A DNA stretch of 63,902 bases, the filler included. It is 8 parts of 8 records of this genome, joined end to end, with 100 filler letters (N's around TTAATTAATTAA, not from the genome) between each part and the next. Parts side by side here need not be neighbours in the genome. Positions count along the whole stretch, not along the records: positions 27,263 to 33,554 come from SRR31147125_7325; positions 33,655 to 44,725 come from SRR31147125_7331; 6 more parts are not named here. The stretch is one strand, 5' to 3'. Each line of letters begins with the position of its first letter. Within the stretch, counting starts at the first letter, position 1. Of the stretch, positions 31,755 to 41,890 are shown one piece after another. The notes under the pieces were generated by a model, which was not told the origin of the DNA, searched no databases, and saw only the letters and a list, made by a program, of their open reading frames with translations. The translations under genes and the position numbers were made by a program.

Positions 31755-31762
31755 TATCTTTG
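31755..31762 (+). promoter_or_regulatory. Bacteroidota -7 element directly before selU
   Basis: TATCTTTG, 5 nt upstream of ATG 31768. Confidence 0.55.
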
Positions 31763-31767
31763 CAGCC

Positions 31768-32826
31768 ATGCCAAAGGAAATATTAATTTCAGAATATTTG
31801 GAACTTGCCGGGCAGGTTCCGTTAATCGACGTACGTTCGCCGGGCGAATACGAAAAAGGGCATATTCCCGGTGCGGTAAACATTCCACTTTTCAACGACC
31901 AAGAGCGCGCTCATGTTGGTACAATTTATAAAAGAAAGTCGAAGGAAAAAGCCATCGAATTGGGTTACAAATATGTTACTCCAAAACTAAAATGGTTTAT
32001 TACAGAATCGAAAAGGATAGCTCCTTACAAACGAATTGCCGTTCACTGCTGGCGCGGAGGAATGCGTTCACAATCGTTCGCCAAACATTTGGCTGATAAT
32101 GGATTCGATGAAGTTTTTGTGATAAAAGGCGGCTACAAAGCATTCAGAAACCATGCACTCGAATCGTTTAAAACCGATGCCGAAATCTGCATTCTTGGCG
32201 GTTACACAGGTAGCGGAAAAACCCATATTCTCTACGCTTTAAAAGAAATGGGCGAACAAATAATCGATTTAGAAGGATTGGCCAACCATAAAGGCTCGGC
32301 ATTTGGACGAATTGGAGACGGCAGCCAGCCAACAATAGAACAATTCGAAAACAACCTGTTCTGGGACTGGAAAGATTTGGACTACACAAAAACAATCTGG
32401 ATTGAAGATGAAAGCCACCGCATTGGACTGATAAATATTCCAATGAACTTTTTCGAAAACATGCGCAGTCACAAGGTAATTTTCCTCGATATTCCGCTTG
32501 AAGAAAGAGCCAGTGAGCTTGTTTTTGATTATGCGAACGAAGACAAAGAAATGTTGGCCGATTCTATACAGAGAATTTCAAAACGACTGGGAGGCCAAAA
32601 CACAAAACTGGCACTTCAGCATTTAGAAGCCAACGAATTTTCTCAGGTAGCAATAATCTCTCTAAATTATTACGACAAGTACTATCTTCGTGGATTGAAA
32701 AACCGTGAACACAACGATATTTTCACGTTGATGATTTCAGAAATTGATTTCACAGAAAACGCAAAACAAATTTTAGAATATTATGAGTCACTCAGAAAAA
32801 ACCAATATAAAACTCACTCAGTATAG
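31768..32826 (+). CDS. selU: tRNA 2-selenouridine synthase (SelU/MnmH)
   Basis: Rhodanese [23 protein letters not shown]-loop [29 protein letters not shown]. Confidence 0.93.
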   Translation: MPKEILISEYLELAGQVPLIDVRSPGEYEKGHIPGAVNIPLFNDQERAHVGTIYKRKSKEKAIELGYKYVTPKLKWFITESKRIAPYKRIAVHCWRGGMRSQSFAKHLADNGFDEVFVIKGGYKAFRNHALESFKTDAEICILGGYTGSGKTHILYALKEMGEQIIDLEGLANHKGSAFGRIGDGSQPTIEQFENNLFWDWKDLDYTKTIWIEDESHRIGLINIPMNFFENMRSHKVIFLDIPLEERASELVFDYANEDKEMLADSIQRISKRLGGQNTKLALQHLEANEFSQVAIISLNYYDKYYLRGLKNREHNDIFTLMISEIDFTENAKQILEYYESLRKNQYKTHSV

Positions 32827-33554
32827 CCACGGTGCAGGCTGCGGATGCAAAATTTCGCCCAAAGTTTTAAGTACTATTTTAGAATCGAAAATCGATATGC
32901 CGGTTTTGCCAAATTTGTTGGTTGGCAACGATAGCCGCGACGATGCTGCGGTGCTCGATTTAGGCAATGGTACAGCCGTTATTAGCACCACCGATTTTTT
33001 TATGCCCATTGTTGACGACCCGTTTACATTTGGACGTATTGCCGCCACCAACGCCATTAGCGATGTGTTTGCCATGGGCGGAAAACCAATTTTAGCCATT
33101 GCCATTTTGGGTTGGCCGGTTAACAAATTATCGCCCGAAATTGCTCGTGAAGTAGTAGAAGGAGGCCGTCAGGTTTGTAAAGAAGTAGGAATTAGTTTAG
33201 CCGGCGGACACAGTATTGATAGCCCCGAACCAATTTTTGGGTTGGCTGTAACCGGACAAGTTGATTTGAAAAACATAAAACAAAACGACACCGCTACCGA
33301 AGGCTGCGAACTATTACTGACAAAACCATTGGGAGTTGGCATTTTAACCACCGCTCAGAAAAAAGGAGTTTTAGAATGCGAACACGCTCAAATTGCTCCC
33401 CAACTGATGTGCCAGCTAAATACTCCCGGTTACGAATTAGCTAAAATCAGCGGTGTTAAAGCTATGACCGACGTTACCGGTTTTGGACTACTGGGACACC
33501 TAACCGAAATGTGCGAAGGCAGTAACTTGTCGGCCCAAATTGATTATGAAAAAA
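32783..33554 (+). CDS. selD: Selenide, water dikinase (Cys-type), 3' truncated
   Basis: [51 protein letters not shown]. Confidence 0.95.
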
Positions 33555-33654
33555 NNNNNNNNNNNNNNNNNNNNNNNNNNNNNNNNNNNNNNNNNNNNTT
33601 AATTAATTAANNNNNNNNNNNNNNNNNNNNNNNNNNNNNNNNNNNNNNNNNNNN
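33555..33654. other. Artificial contig spacer 5
   Basis: N44-TTAATTAATTAA-N44. Confidence 0.98.
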
Positions 33655-33820
33655 GGGGGTGAGGTTGGTATCATAAGGGGATTGAATGGTGAAGGATCAG
33701 AATCGAAGTGACAGACAGCTGGGTCCGCCGTTCAGTTTTCCGAACTCGGATGTATCCACAGCCTTTACCTTTGATACCGGACAGACGATCCATGTCCGAC
33801 CAGGACAGTAGCCGTCAATT

Positions 33821-35578
33821 CTATTCAACAAAGTGTGAGTACGTCCCTAAAATGGTATTGCCCGACCAATCCACTTCAATAAGATTTCCATCATTCGTTT
33901 GGGTTATCACCCAACATACTTGATACTCTCCAACTGGTAGATAGGCTTTAGCAAATGATGCCTTCAGTTTAACCGGTTTCGAGGTTCCAATTATAATGGG
34001 AATAATATCCGTGGTTTCCGATCCGTCCGAAGTAATAAATCTTAACTCTTCTTTTGGGGTAAAAAGAGCAACGTATATATCAACAGGGAAGGGGTAACAT
34101 GGAAAATTTATATCAAGGTCAAAATCTGAAAATGTAAGTTGGGTGCCACTCTCTACAGTCGTGAGTGTGATCGTTTTGGAATGAGTGACAACAGGAGCTT
34201 TTTCGATGGTATCATCATTATCGAGTACTTTATATCCCGGTTCAAAGAGCGGCAAGCATTCCGGCTCTTCATAAATATTTTCCAGCAAAGCCGAATAATA
34301 CTCATACTTGTCTTGAATTCCGGTTGTTTGAGTAAGAGAGCTGTTTTGATAGTTGGGGTCGATAATGCAAATAAGTGGAAGTGTGTACCCCCCTGATATA
34401 CCTGAAGTATACGTGTCATGTTCATGGCTGGTATCAACATCACAATACCAAGGAATATAATTCTCTTCTATTACCCCCTTGATGTTCGGTACTTCAAGTT
34501 CGGAAACCGTATCTCTCATGTTAATGGTGTTGGAGCATGTTTCTCTACCGGCAAGTAGAAGGACATTTTTTTCACTTGACAACGCCATGGAAAAGGCGGT
34601 TTCCTTTGATGTTTGCCACTCAAGATCTGTCGAAGAGTCACACGATCCACTGAAATAGCTTGTCTGTGCCGACGGATTATCCGAATAATCCCAAGTATGA
34701 TCCACGGAAATTTCATCATCCGACAAAAGATAATAGGCATATCGCAAATTTCCGTCCGGTATCGGGTCGTCCCAGGTTATATCGATATGATACCAATTGC
34801 CGCAAAGCCTAACCATATTCCAGGCATGATCTCCTAAACTGCCACTTGAATTTGTGGCTTGTCCGCTAACATATTCGACGGGAATATTTGCCTCTTGAAA
34901 CATTCTATGTGCCAAGGTCGCATATCCCTGACAGACGGATGTCCCACTAATCATAGCGTCATAAGCTCTGTAATTGGAGTATGTCAAATCATATTCATTA
35001 TGCTCGATAATCCAATCATGTATGGTTTTTATTTTTTCCTCATCATCTGTTATCCCACGTAAGATATCGTCGAGAGTACTGGAAATAGCCGATAGCAGCT
35101 CTTCTTCTTCTTCAAGTGTGCTTTTGTACTGACTCGTTATATATAGTGTTAAATAAGTATCCGACATATAATAAGGATCCCCTCTGATGTGTAAAGCACC
35201 GACGAAATCAGTATAAAATCCATTTCTATATATCTCTTCTTGACAAAAAGAATTGAAATTATTGATAAAATCAAGTCCTATTTGAAGTGGAAGATGAAAC
35301 TGGATCTCAGAAGTTCTTAGAATAAAATTTTCTTTAATATAGGATTCGGCGTCATCCTTGGTATTAAAATAGTTAGAGTCGGATTTTTTTTGTCTCAGTT
35401 TGTCATTGAGTCTAAATGTGCAAAATGGTTTCGCGTCAAAATAGGGAGAAATCCATGTACATGTCGGGGGAACTTCCATGAATTCTGATGCGGTTGCATT
35501 AGATATCGATAAGATGCTTAAAAATAAAATTGTGATTATTTTTATTTGACATTGAGTGTTTGTAAGAAAAACTGTCAT
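33821..35578 (-). CDS. Secreted transglutaminase-like (Cys-His-Asp) protein with a thioredoxin-like domain and a C-terminal beta domain
   Basis: IHDWII, VCQGYA, HAWNMV, DITWDD triad; then LLLAGRETCSNT...TLPLICIIDP (thioredoxin-like, CxxT). Signal peptide; RBS GGAGGG before ATG 35578. Confidence 0.75.
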   Translation of the reverse strand: MTVFLTNTQCQIKIITILFLSILSISNATASEFMEVPPTCTWISPYFDAKPFCTFRLNDKLRQKKSDSNYFNTKDDAESYIKENFILRTSEIQFHLPLQIGLDFINNFNSFCQEEIYRNGFYTDFVGALHIRGDPYYMSDTYLTLYITSQYKSTLEEEEELLSAISSTLDDILRGITDDEEKIKTIHDWIIEHNEYDLTYSNYRAYDAMISGTSVCQGYATLAHRMFQEANIPVEYVSGQATNSSGSLGDHAWNMVRLCGNWYHIDITWDDPIPDGNLRYAYYLLSDDEISVDHTWDYSDNPSAQTSYFSGSCDSSTDLEWQTSKETAFSMALSSEKNVLLLAGRETCSNTINMRDTVSELEVPNIKGVIEENYIPWYCDVDTSHEHDTYTSGISGGYTLPLICIIDPNYQNSSLTQTTGIQDKYEYYSALLENIYEEPECLPLFEPGYKVLDNDDTIEKAPVVTHSKTITLTTVESGTQLTFSDFDLDINFPCYPFPVDIYVALFTPKEELRFITSDGSETTDIIPIIIGTSKPVKLKASFAKAYLPVGEYQVCWVITQTNDGNLIEVDWSGNTILGTYSHFVE

Positions 35579-35669
35579 GGTTCCCTCCAAATTTATAAAT
35601 TATCAAAATATGCTGGAACATGGAGATTAAGTCTAAAATAAGAAAGAATTTTTTGTCAATGTGAGAAAT

Positions 35670-35713
35670 TAAAAATGGGATAATGAAGACATCGTTTTCT
35701 TCATTATCCCATT
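35670..35713 (-). terminator. Terminator downstream of the TonB receptor gene
   Basis: AATGGGATAATGAAGA (35674-35689) / TCTTCATTATCCCATT (35698-35713), T run on the minus strand. Confidence 0.75.
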
Positions 35714-35770
35714 ACAATTTATCCTTCAAAAAAAACAACTCTGGTTTTGTTTCTTGTGTGATCGCAAGGG

Positions 35771-37873
35771 CTAAAAAGACATACTGAATCCCGCTCGAAC
35801 ATTCCGCCCCTCACCGGGATAACCATCTTCCTGTTCATAATCCTCATCAAACAGATTGTCCATTTCGGCATAGATGGTGTACTTATCATTGAATGTCTTG
35901 GAAATCCGTGAATTCAAGATAAAATAATCATCGAGCGCCACTTCTTCGTCATCAGGATAAGCGGTGGTGGGAAGCTCTCCGTAAGCGCCTTCCACATAGA
36001 AGGCCTGAAGATCCACTGATGCGAGGACTTTTGGAATGAGAAGATTGCACCCGATTCCGAACTTGTTCTCCGGAACATTCACCAGCTTGTCGGTGACCCG
36101 GTTTTCACTTTCATTCTCCGCATCGATCCAGGTGTAGTTGACATTCATGCGGAAGTAATCACAAAACACCATGTCCATGGATGCTTCAAATCCCACCATG
36201 GAGACATCTTCCACATTGGCGTAAATGTCCTGACCGGTGTAATCATCCTCATAATAATCTCTGGAGATCCAGTCTGAAATGTCATGATAGAATCCGGAGA
36301 AGTTGACTTTAAATCGTGAAGAGAACTCCCGGGTGACTCCCAAAGTGTAGTTGGTGCTCTTTTCCGCTTCCAGTTCCGGGTTTCCGCTGCTGGAGGAAAA
36401 TAGTTGATTCAATGCTGGAAAACGGGTTTTCCTGGCGATGGATCCGTAAAAGGAAACGGCATCAAAATCCCAGGTAAATCCGATCATCGGGTTGAGCTCG
36501 TCTTGAGTGACTCCGGTATCGAGCGCTGCTTGTCCGGTCAGATTGTCATCCTCATCGAACACGTACTCTTCTGCCTCATTCACCTTAAACCAGTCGTAGG
36601 AAACGCCGGCATAAAGGATCATGCCGAATGGTGTCAGGTATTGATGCTCGGTACCGATGGAGCCGGTGTGGGAATTGGCTTCGTTAAAAGGTTGAAACTC
36701 TGCATCCCGATCTTGGTGGCGATCTTCTTTATAATGGAAAGAGAGATGCCCGCTATGCGCTTCGGCAAATGAAAAATCGGCAAACAATGAGCCGCCGTAG
36801 TAGTCGTCTTTGTAAGTACTCTTGGCAATGAGATCGGTAAATTCGAGATCGCTGTAGGATACGTATAAATCTTCATGGTTATGATAGAAGAGTTTTCCCC
36901 TCAAGGTCAGGTTGTCTGAGATGAATTGTTGACCGCTCAGATCGATTCCCCAGTCATCATAATTTTCGAATCGAGCTAAAGTGGAGTATCCGGCATCATC
37001 TCCTCTGGTTTCAAAAATTTTATATTCGTTGGTGGACAGCGGCTGACCAAACTCCGAATCCATGTAGTGGAAGCTGACAAAATACTCGGAACCGGAAGAG
37101 GGCCGGATACCGGCACGGGCCCATAGTCGATTGTTTTCGTAATCGGAATTTTCTCGTAAGCCGCCGTCTTCATGAATACCGTCAAGGCCAAACTGTTTTG
37201 ACATCCATTTTTTAGCCCCTTTTGCTTCTTCCGGAGTGAAATCATCGGACAGTCTCCATCCATCGGATTTCTCATGGAGAAAACTGACCCAGTAATTGAC
37301 CGCCCCCACGCTGTTTCCGTGGGAGATGCTTCCTTTATAGGTGCTGTAGTCTCCGATTTCCCCTTTTACGGTTAATGTCGGTTTTTTTGATCCTTGGTGA
37401 GTGATTATATTGACCACCGCCACCTGAGCATTGGCACCATAAAGGACGGACGGGGCGTTTTTTGTCACCTCTATTTTCGAGACCACATCCACGGGGACCT
37501 GATCCATATTGAGTTTCCCATAATAGGTTTCGTAGTACGGCACGCCGTCAATGAGAAAAAGGGTTTTTTCCGTACCAAAGCCATGAACGGAGATTTCAGG
37601 TTCGTTCTTTCGACCTTTGGTGACCGTAACGCCGGGGATGAACTGCATGGCATCGGCAACTGTCTTGCTGTTGGTTCTTTCAAGATCTTCATAGGTGATG
37701 GTATCGGAGATACCGATATCGGCCACGCCTCCGGCAGTGTCCGTCACAACGATTTCTCCAAGATTGAAGACATCTTCAGCATCTGATGCCGAAGAGACGG
37801 GATTGGCGGCAAACAGATTGCCTGCCATCAGGTGCAGTGCAATCAGCACTACGGGTAAACTGCGTTTAATCAT
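35771..37873 (-). CDS. TonB-dependent receptor (BtuB/CirA-like)
   Basis: Signal peptide from MIKRSLP, TonB box LGEIVVT, plug IEVTKNAPSVLYGANA, SGNPELEAEKS, C-terminal NLFDEDY...GRNVRAGFSMSF. Confidence 0.92.
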   Translation of the reverse strand: MIKRSLPVVLIALHLMAGNLFAANPVSSASDAEDVFNLGEIVVTDTAGGVADIGISDTITYEDLERTNSKTVADAMQFIPGVTVTKGRKNEPEISVHGFGTEKTLFLIDGVPYYETYYGKLNMDQVPVDVVSKIEVTKNAPSVLYGANAQVAVVNIITHQGSKKPTLTVKGEIGDYSTYKGSISHGNSVGAVNYWVSFLHEKSDGWRLSDDFTPEEAKGAKKWMSKQFGLDGIHEDGGLRENSDYENNRLWARAGIRPSSGSEYFVSFHYMDSEFGQPLSTNEYKIFETRGDDAGYSTLARFENYDDWGIDLSGQQFISDNLTLRGKLFYHNHEDLYVSYSDLEFTDLIAKSTYKDDYYGGSLFADFSFAEAHSGHLSFHYKEDRHQDRDAEFQPFNEANSHTGSIGTEHQYLTPFGMILYAGVSYDWFKVNEAEEYVFDEDDNLTGQAALDTGVTQDELNPMIGFTWDFDAVSFYGSIARKTRFPALNQLFSSSSGNPELEAEKSTNYTLGVTREFSSRFKVNFSGFYHDISDWISRDYYEDDYTGQDIYANVEDVSMVGFEASMDMVFCDYFRMNVNYTWIDAENESENRVTDKLVNVPENKFGIGCNLLIPKVLASVDLQAFYVEGAYGELPTTAYPDDEEVALDDYFILNSRISKTFNDKYTIYAEMDNLFDEDYEQEDGYPGEGRNVRAGFSMSF

Positions 37874-38175
37874 CTTTTTTCCTTTTGTAAAAACACGGGG
37901 TAGTGAATGATCGAACAAAATGGGTGGACCGGGACCATCATCTACCACAACAATGTTGAATGAACTCAAATCCATACCGGTCAGTTCATCCGGATTTTAA
38001 AAAAATGATCTTTTCAGGATCCTCCAAAAATCCGAAAAGACCACGGGTAAAGTAAATGCGATATTTTGGTTGAGAAGGTGCTGTTTTGTCAATAGATATT
38101 AATTCCCTTCCTGGTGTATCAAACGAATAATGACAAATACCGACAAATTATTACACGAATGCCTTTGTCATGATA

Positions 38176-38204
38176 TTGACTTTTACCTTATTGGACCCTA
38201 TAAA
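38176..38204 (+). promoter_or_regulatory. Sigma-70 promoter of the ABC operon
   Basis: TTGACT-N17-TATAAA. A divergent TTGACA-N18-CAAAAT lies on the minus strand at 38092-38063. Confidence 0.55.
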
Positions 38205-38258
38205 CCCGTTAGTCGGAAACGAATGATGACGCGCTACCGAACAGGGAAAGGGGAGAAA

Positions 38259-39404
38259 ATGATTTCATTACCAAGGATAAATAATCGTTTTGATAGAGGG
38301 AAATGGATAACAAACTTTTTATTGTTGAAATGGTGTATTACGGGACTTCCCGGGTTTTTTTACTCCCTTTTTATCCCATTGCTATTATTGACGGCGCTGT
38401 CACTTTTTATCGTAATGCCGGGCCGATTGGCATATTCACAACCCGTACAGACGATGATCGACATGGCCGGCAGGGAGGTGACGCTTCAGGGCCATGCCCG
38501 CCGCATTATTCCAACGTTTAAACCGGTGACGCTTTGTGTATTGGCTTTGGGATTACAGGATCGCCTGGTGGGAATCGACACCCACTCCAAGCACGACACC
38601 CTGACCCGTGCCGTTTTCCCCGAAGTTCACTCCCTGACCGGCGTGGGGACCAAATCCACCGGCATTAATTTGGAGACGGTGGTCTCCTTGAAGCCGGATC
38701 TGGTGATCCTCTACTCCCAGAAGGATGGTCTCTCTCTGGCGGATCGGCTGGCGACCATGGGGATTTCCTCCCTTGTGATTCTTCCGGAGACCATGGAGAA
38801 GATAAAGCAGTCCATGACGCTCATTGCCCGGGCTGCCGGTGCCCCTCAGCAGGCGGAAAAATCCATAGCTGCCATGGACAAAGTGACGGCACTGATCGAG
38901 AGCCGTACCAAAGGGATTTGTGCCGATGAGAAAAAGAGGGCATACTTTGCCTCAAAACAAAATTTTTTCAATACCGCGTCCGGAAATATGCTTCAGGATA
39001 CCATGTTTCAAAATGCCGGTATGATCAACGTCTCCCATGAATTGAAGGGGTATTTCCAGAATATTTCACCGGAACAGTTCATGACATGGAATCCCGATAT
39101 CGTCTTTATCTCCCAAGGGTTGAAATCAGGCCTTCAAGAGACGTTGACCAACCCGGTATTGAAGCAGGTCGGTGCCGTTGCCGAGCATCGAGTTCATCGA
39201 TTCCCCAGCACCATGGCGCCATGGGATTTTCCGTCACCATTGTCGATTCTGGGGACCCTCTGGGCGGCTTGCAGGGCCTATCCGGATCGATTTTCCGATG
39301 TTGATCTCATGGCTCAAATAGATGCGTTTCATGCAGACTTGTTTGGAAAGACTTTGAGTGAAATGGGCGGCAGGTTAAACGATGGTGTGGAGATAAAAGA
39401 GTGA
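38259..39404 (+). CDS. Class III (FecB/BtuF-type) ABC substrate-binding protein
   Basis: DMAGREVTL, LVGID, NLETVVSLKPDLVI, SPEQFMTWNPDIVF, WDFPSP. Exact start uncertain. Confidence 0.88.
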   Translation: MISLPRINNRFDRGKWITNFLLLKWCITGLPGFFYSLFIPLLLLTALSLFIVMPGRLAYSQPVQTMIDMAGREVTLQGHARRIIPTFKPVTLCVLALGLQDRLVGIDTHSKHDTLTRAVFPEVHSLTGVGTKSTGINLETVVSLKPDLVILYSQKDGLSLADRLATMGISSLVILPETMEKIKQSMTLIARAAGAPQQAEKSIAAMDKVTALIESRTKGICADEKKRAYFASKQNFFNTASGNMLQDTMFQNAGMINVSHELKGYFQNISPEQFMTWNPDIVFISQGLKSGLQETLTNPVLKQVGAVAEHRVHRFPSTMAPWDFPSPLSILGTLWAACRAYPDRFSDVDLMAQIDAFHADLFGKTLSEMGGRLNDGVEIKE

Positions 39405-40513
39405 GTCTCTTGACAGACACGCCATTATCGCGCCATCGGGGAGAATCGGTCATTCAACAGCACAGAAGAAAGCGCATTTTTTATACCGTTTTTCTCTCAT
39501 GTCTGTTGCTTATCCTTTTTGTCATTTCCATGGGCATTGGGCGATTCGATATTCCGTTGTCTTCCGTGATGAAAATGGTTGCGCGCATGCTTGGCTTTTC
39601 CGTCCCTGCAGCCGGGTCAATTGCAGGGGACGGCATCTCCCATGAGATGGTGTTTCTATGGATTCGGCTGCCCCGATGCCTGATGGCCGTGCTGGTGGGT
39701 ATCGGCCTTTCCGTTTCCGGTGCCGTTTACCAGGCCCTTTTCAGAAATCCATTGGTCTCCCCCGATATTCTGGGGGTGGCAGCCGGATGTACCTTTGGCG
39801 CGGCATTGGGATTTACCCTTCCCGAAGGGGTCGGAGGAAGCATCGGAAGCGTCTCCATGGTGCCCATTCTCTCATTTGTTTTCGGAATATTGGCTGTCTC
39901 CCTGACCCTGGGCATCGCCAGACTCATTGCCGTCCGTTCCGTGATCGTCGTGATTCTCTCCGGCATGGTGGTGCTCTCCTTTTTCAATGCACTGCTCATG
40001 ATTTTAAAATACTTTTCCGATCCTTATGATGAACTGCCCAGCATCATTTTTTGGATCATGGGAAGCTTTACCCGTGTGGTCTGGGATGACATTCTGGTTA
40101 CCGGCCCCATTATTCTCATCGGCACGACCGTTTTTATGCTGCTGCGATTTCGACTCAATATCCTCTCCATGGGAGATACCCAGGCCGGTGCCCTTGGAAT
40201 GAACCCCATACTTTTCAGGATTTGCCTGATTCTGCTCAGCGCCGTCATGGTGGCGCTCATGGTGGCCACCTGCGGACAAATCAGCTGGATCGCCCTGATC
40301 GTTCCCCATATGGCCCGAACCCTGGTGGGTCCCCGTCATGAAGAGATGCTGCCGGTAACCGCTCTTTTGGGAGCGCTGTTCATGCTGGCTGCCGATGGCG
40401 TGGCCCGTTCCCTGACCACAGCGGAACTACCCGTCGGCATTGTCACCGCTTTGACCGGAGCCCCTTTTTTCGGGTATCTGCTATACAAAAATAGAGGAAG
40501 CGGGTGGGTATAA
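39401..40513 (+). CDS. FecCD/BtuC family ABC permease
   Basis: IRLPR, QALFRNPLVSPDILGV, LIVPHMAR, ELPVGIVTALTGAPFF. Confidence 0.93.
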   Translation: MSLLTDTPLSRHRGESVIQQHRRKRIFYTVFLSCLLLILFVISMGIGRFDIPLSSVMKMVARMLGFSVPAAGSIAGDGISHEMVFLWIRLPRCLMAVLVGIGLSVSGAVYQALFRNPLVSPDILGVAAGCTFGAALGFTLPEGVGGSIGSVSMVPILSFVFGILAVSLTLGIARLIAVRSVIVVILSGMVVLSFFNALLMILKYFSDPYDELPSIIFWIMGSFTRVVWDDILVTGPIILIGTTVFMLLRFRLNILSMGDTQAGALGMNPILFRICLILLSAVMVALMVATCGQISWIALIVPHMARTLVGPRHEEMLPVTALLGALFMLAADGVARSLTTAELPVGIVTALTGAPFFGYLLYKNRGSGWV

Positions 40514-41889
40514 GGGAGGAAATATTGACTATCAAACTGGAGTGCCGAAATCTTGAATTTTCCTACGGGGAAACGCCGATTCTCACAGGGGTGTCCCGGG
40601 CCATGAACGCCGGTACATTCACTGCCCTTTTGGGACGCAATGGATCGGGAAAGACAACGTTGCTCCACTGCCTGAACGGCATCCATCGTACCGGTCCCGG
40701 TTCGGTATTCATCAAGGGAAAAGATATTGATACGCTGTCACGACGGGCGGTGGCCAGACAGATCAGCTTAGTGGTTCAGGAGGCACCGGAGGTGTTTCCT
40801 TTTACGGTACTGGATGTGGTGGTCATGGGCCGGGCCCCTTTTTTGGGGATGGCTCAGACCCCCGGCCCCGACGATTACGCTTTGGCGCAAGAGGCGCTCA
40901 AGACTCTGGATGTGATCCATCTGGCCCATGCCGACTTCAACCGAATTTCCGGTGGGGAACGACGGATGGTGCTGCTGGCAAGTGCGTTGGTGCAAAGCAG
41001 TGAGATCATGCTGTTGGATGAGCCCACCAATCATCTTGATTTTAAAAATCAGTATCTGATTCTCTCCCAAATCCGGCAGCTTTGCAAAAAACGGGGTACC
41101 ACCGCCGTTGCCGCCATGCACGATCCCAACATGGCCATGCTCTTTGCCGATGAGGTGGTGCTGTTGAAAGACGGTGTGATCTTCGATGCCGGTCCGGTAA
41201 ACCGGGTGATGACCAAAATCAATATGGATATTCTCTACGATACCGATACCACTGCACTGCCATTTGTCGGAAGCCGACAGTTTTTCATCCCCACCGGAGT
41301 GCTCCAAGATGCCGCGGCAGAAACGGGAACCGGGCCGGGAGGGCATCGTATCATCATTACCGGCTCTGTGCAGTCGGGAAAATCTTCTTTGGCATGGAAA
41401 CTCATAGAGAAGCTGGATGGACGCGCCATCCCCATGGGGGGATTTATCGCAAAGGGCCTGTGGCGGGATAATCAACGATCAGGGTTCGACCTCATTGAGT
41501 TAAAGACACGCCGTTCGACTCCGCTTGCAAGAAGAGAAGAGAAAAACCCGATAGATCCTAAAGAAAATAACAATCCGTCGATGATCCCCTACACATTTTA
41601 TCCCCAGGGAATGGATGCCGGTATGACGGCCCTTCATCCGGACAATTGCTTCGATGCCGGAGTGATCATGGTGGATGAGATCGGAAAACTTGAAATTCGC
41701 GGAAAGGGCTGGGCATCTTGTCTTCCTCCGTTGATGGGATTGACAAAAGCGATACATGTCTGGATTGTCAGGGATTTTCTTGTGGATGAGGTCTGCCGGT
41801 TATGGCCCTTCCATCGAACGGATATCGTCCGTGTTGATGAGGCGGATGCATTGGATAAATTGATGACTTACTGCACAAAAGAGGGGTGA
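40504..41889 (+). CDS. FepC/BtuD-type ABC ATPase fused to a C-terminal NTPase_1 (THEP1/DUF2478-like) P-loop domain
   Basis: GRNGSGKT, ISGGER, LLDEPTNHLD, HDPN; second P-loop ITGSVQSGKS with GGF...RSGFDL and VDEIGKLE. Confidence 0.85.
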   Translation: MGIREEILTIKLECRNLEFSYGETPILTGVSRAMNAGTFTALLGRNGSGKTTLLHCLNGIHRTGPGSVFIKGKDIDTLSRRAVARQISLVVQEAPEVFPFTVLDVVVMGRAPFLGMAQTPGPDDYALAQEALKTLDVIHLAHADFNRISGGERRMVLLASALVQSSEIMLLDEPTNHLDFKNQYLILSQIRQLCKKRGTTAVAAMHDPNMAMLFADEVVLLKDGVIFDAGPVNRVMTKINMDILYDTDTTALPFVGSRQFFIPTGVLQDAAAETGTGPGGHRIIITGSVQSGKSSLAWKLIEKLDGRAIPMGGFIAKGLWRDNQRSGFDLIELKTRRSTPLARREEKNPIDPKENNNPSMIPYTFYPQGMDAGMTALHPDNCFDAGVIMVDEIGKLEIRGKGWASCLPPLMGLTKAIHVWIVRDFLVDEVCRLWPFHRTDIVRVDEADALDKLMTYCTKEG

Positions 41890-41890
41890 C

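Noticed and set aside
31768-33554. Selenocysteine recoding near selD or in the Hdr/MvhD genes
   Set aside because: SelD has Cys codons, no in-frame TGA interrupts these ORFs, and no tRNA-Sec was seen.
33655-33820. Possible IS end (CAGTAGCCGTCAATT) or gene tail at a contig start
   Set aside because: No matching inverted repeat, target duplication or transposase in the contig.
37874-38259. Cobalamin riboswitch ahead of the BtuB-like receptor; longer ORF starts at 37975 and 38130
   Set aside because: No B12-box pattern found on either strand. The longer starts add non-signal sequence and overlap the putative leader or promoters.
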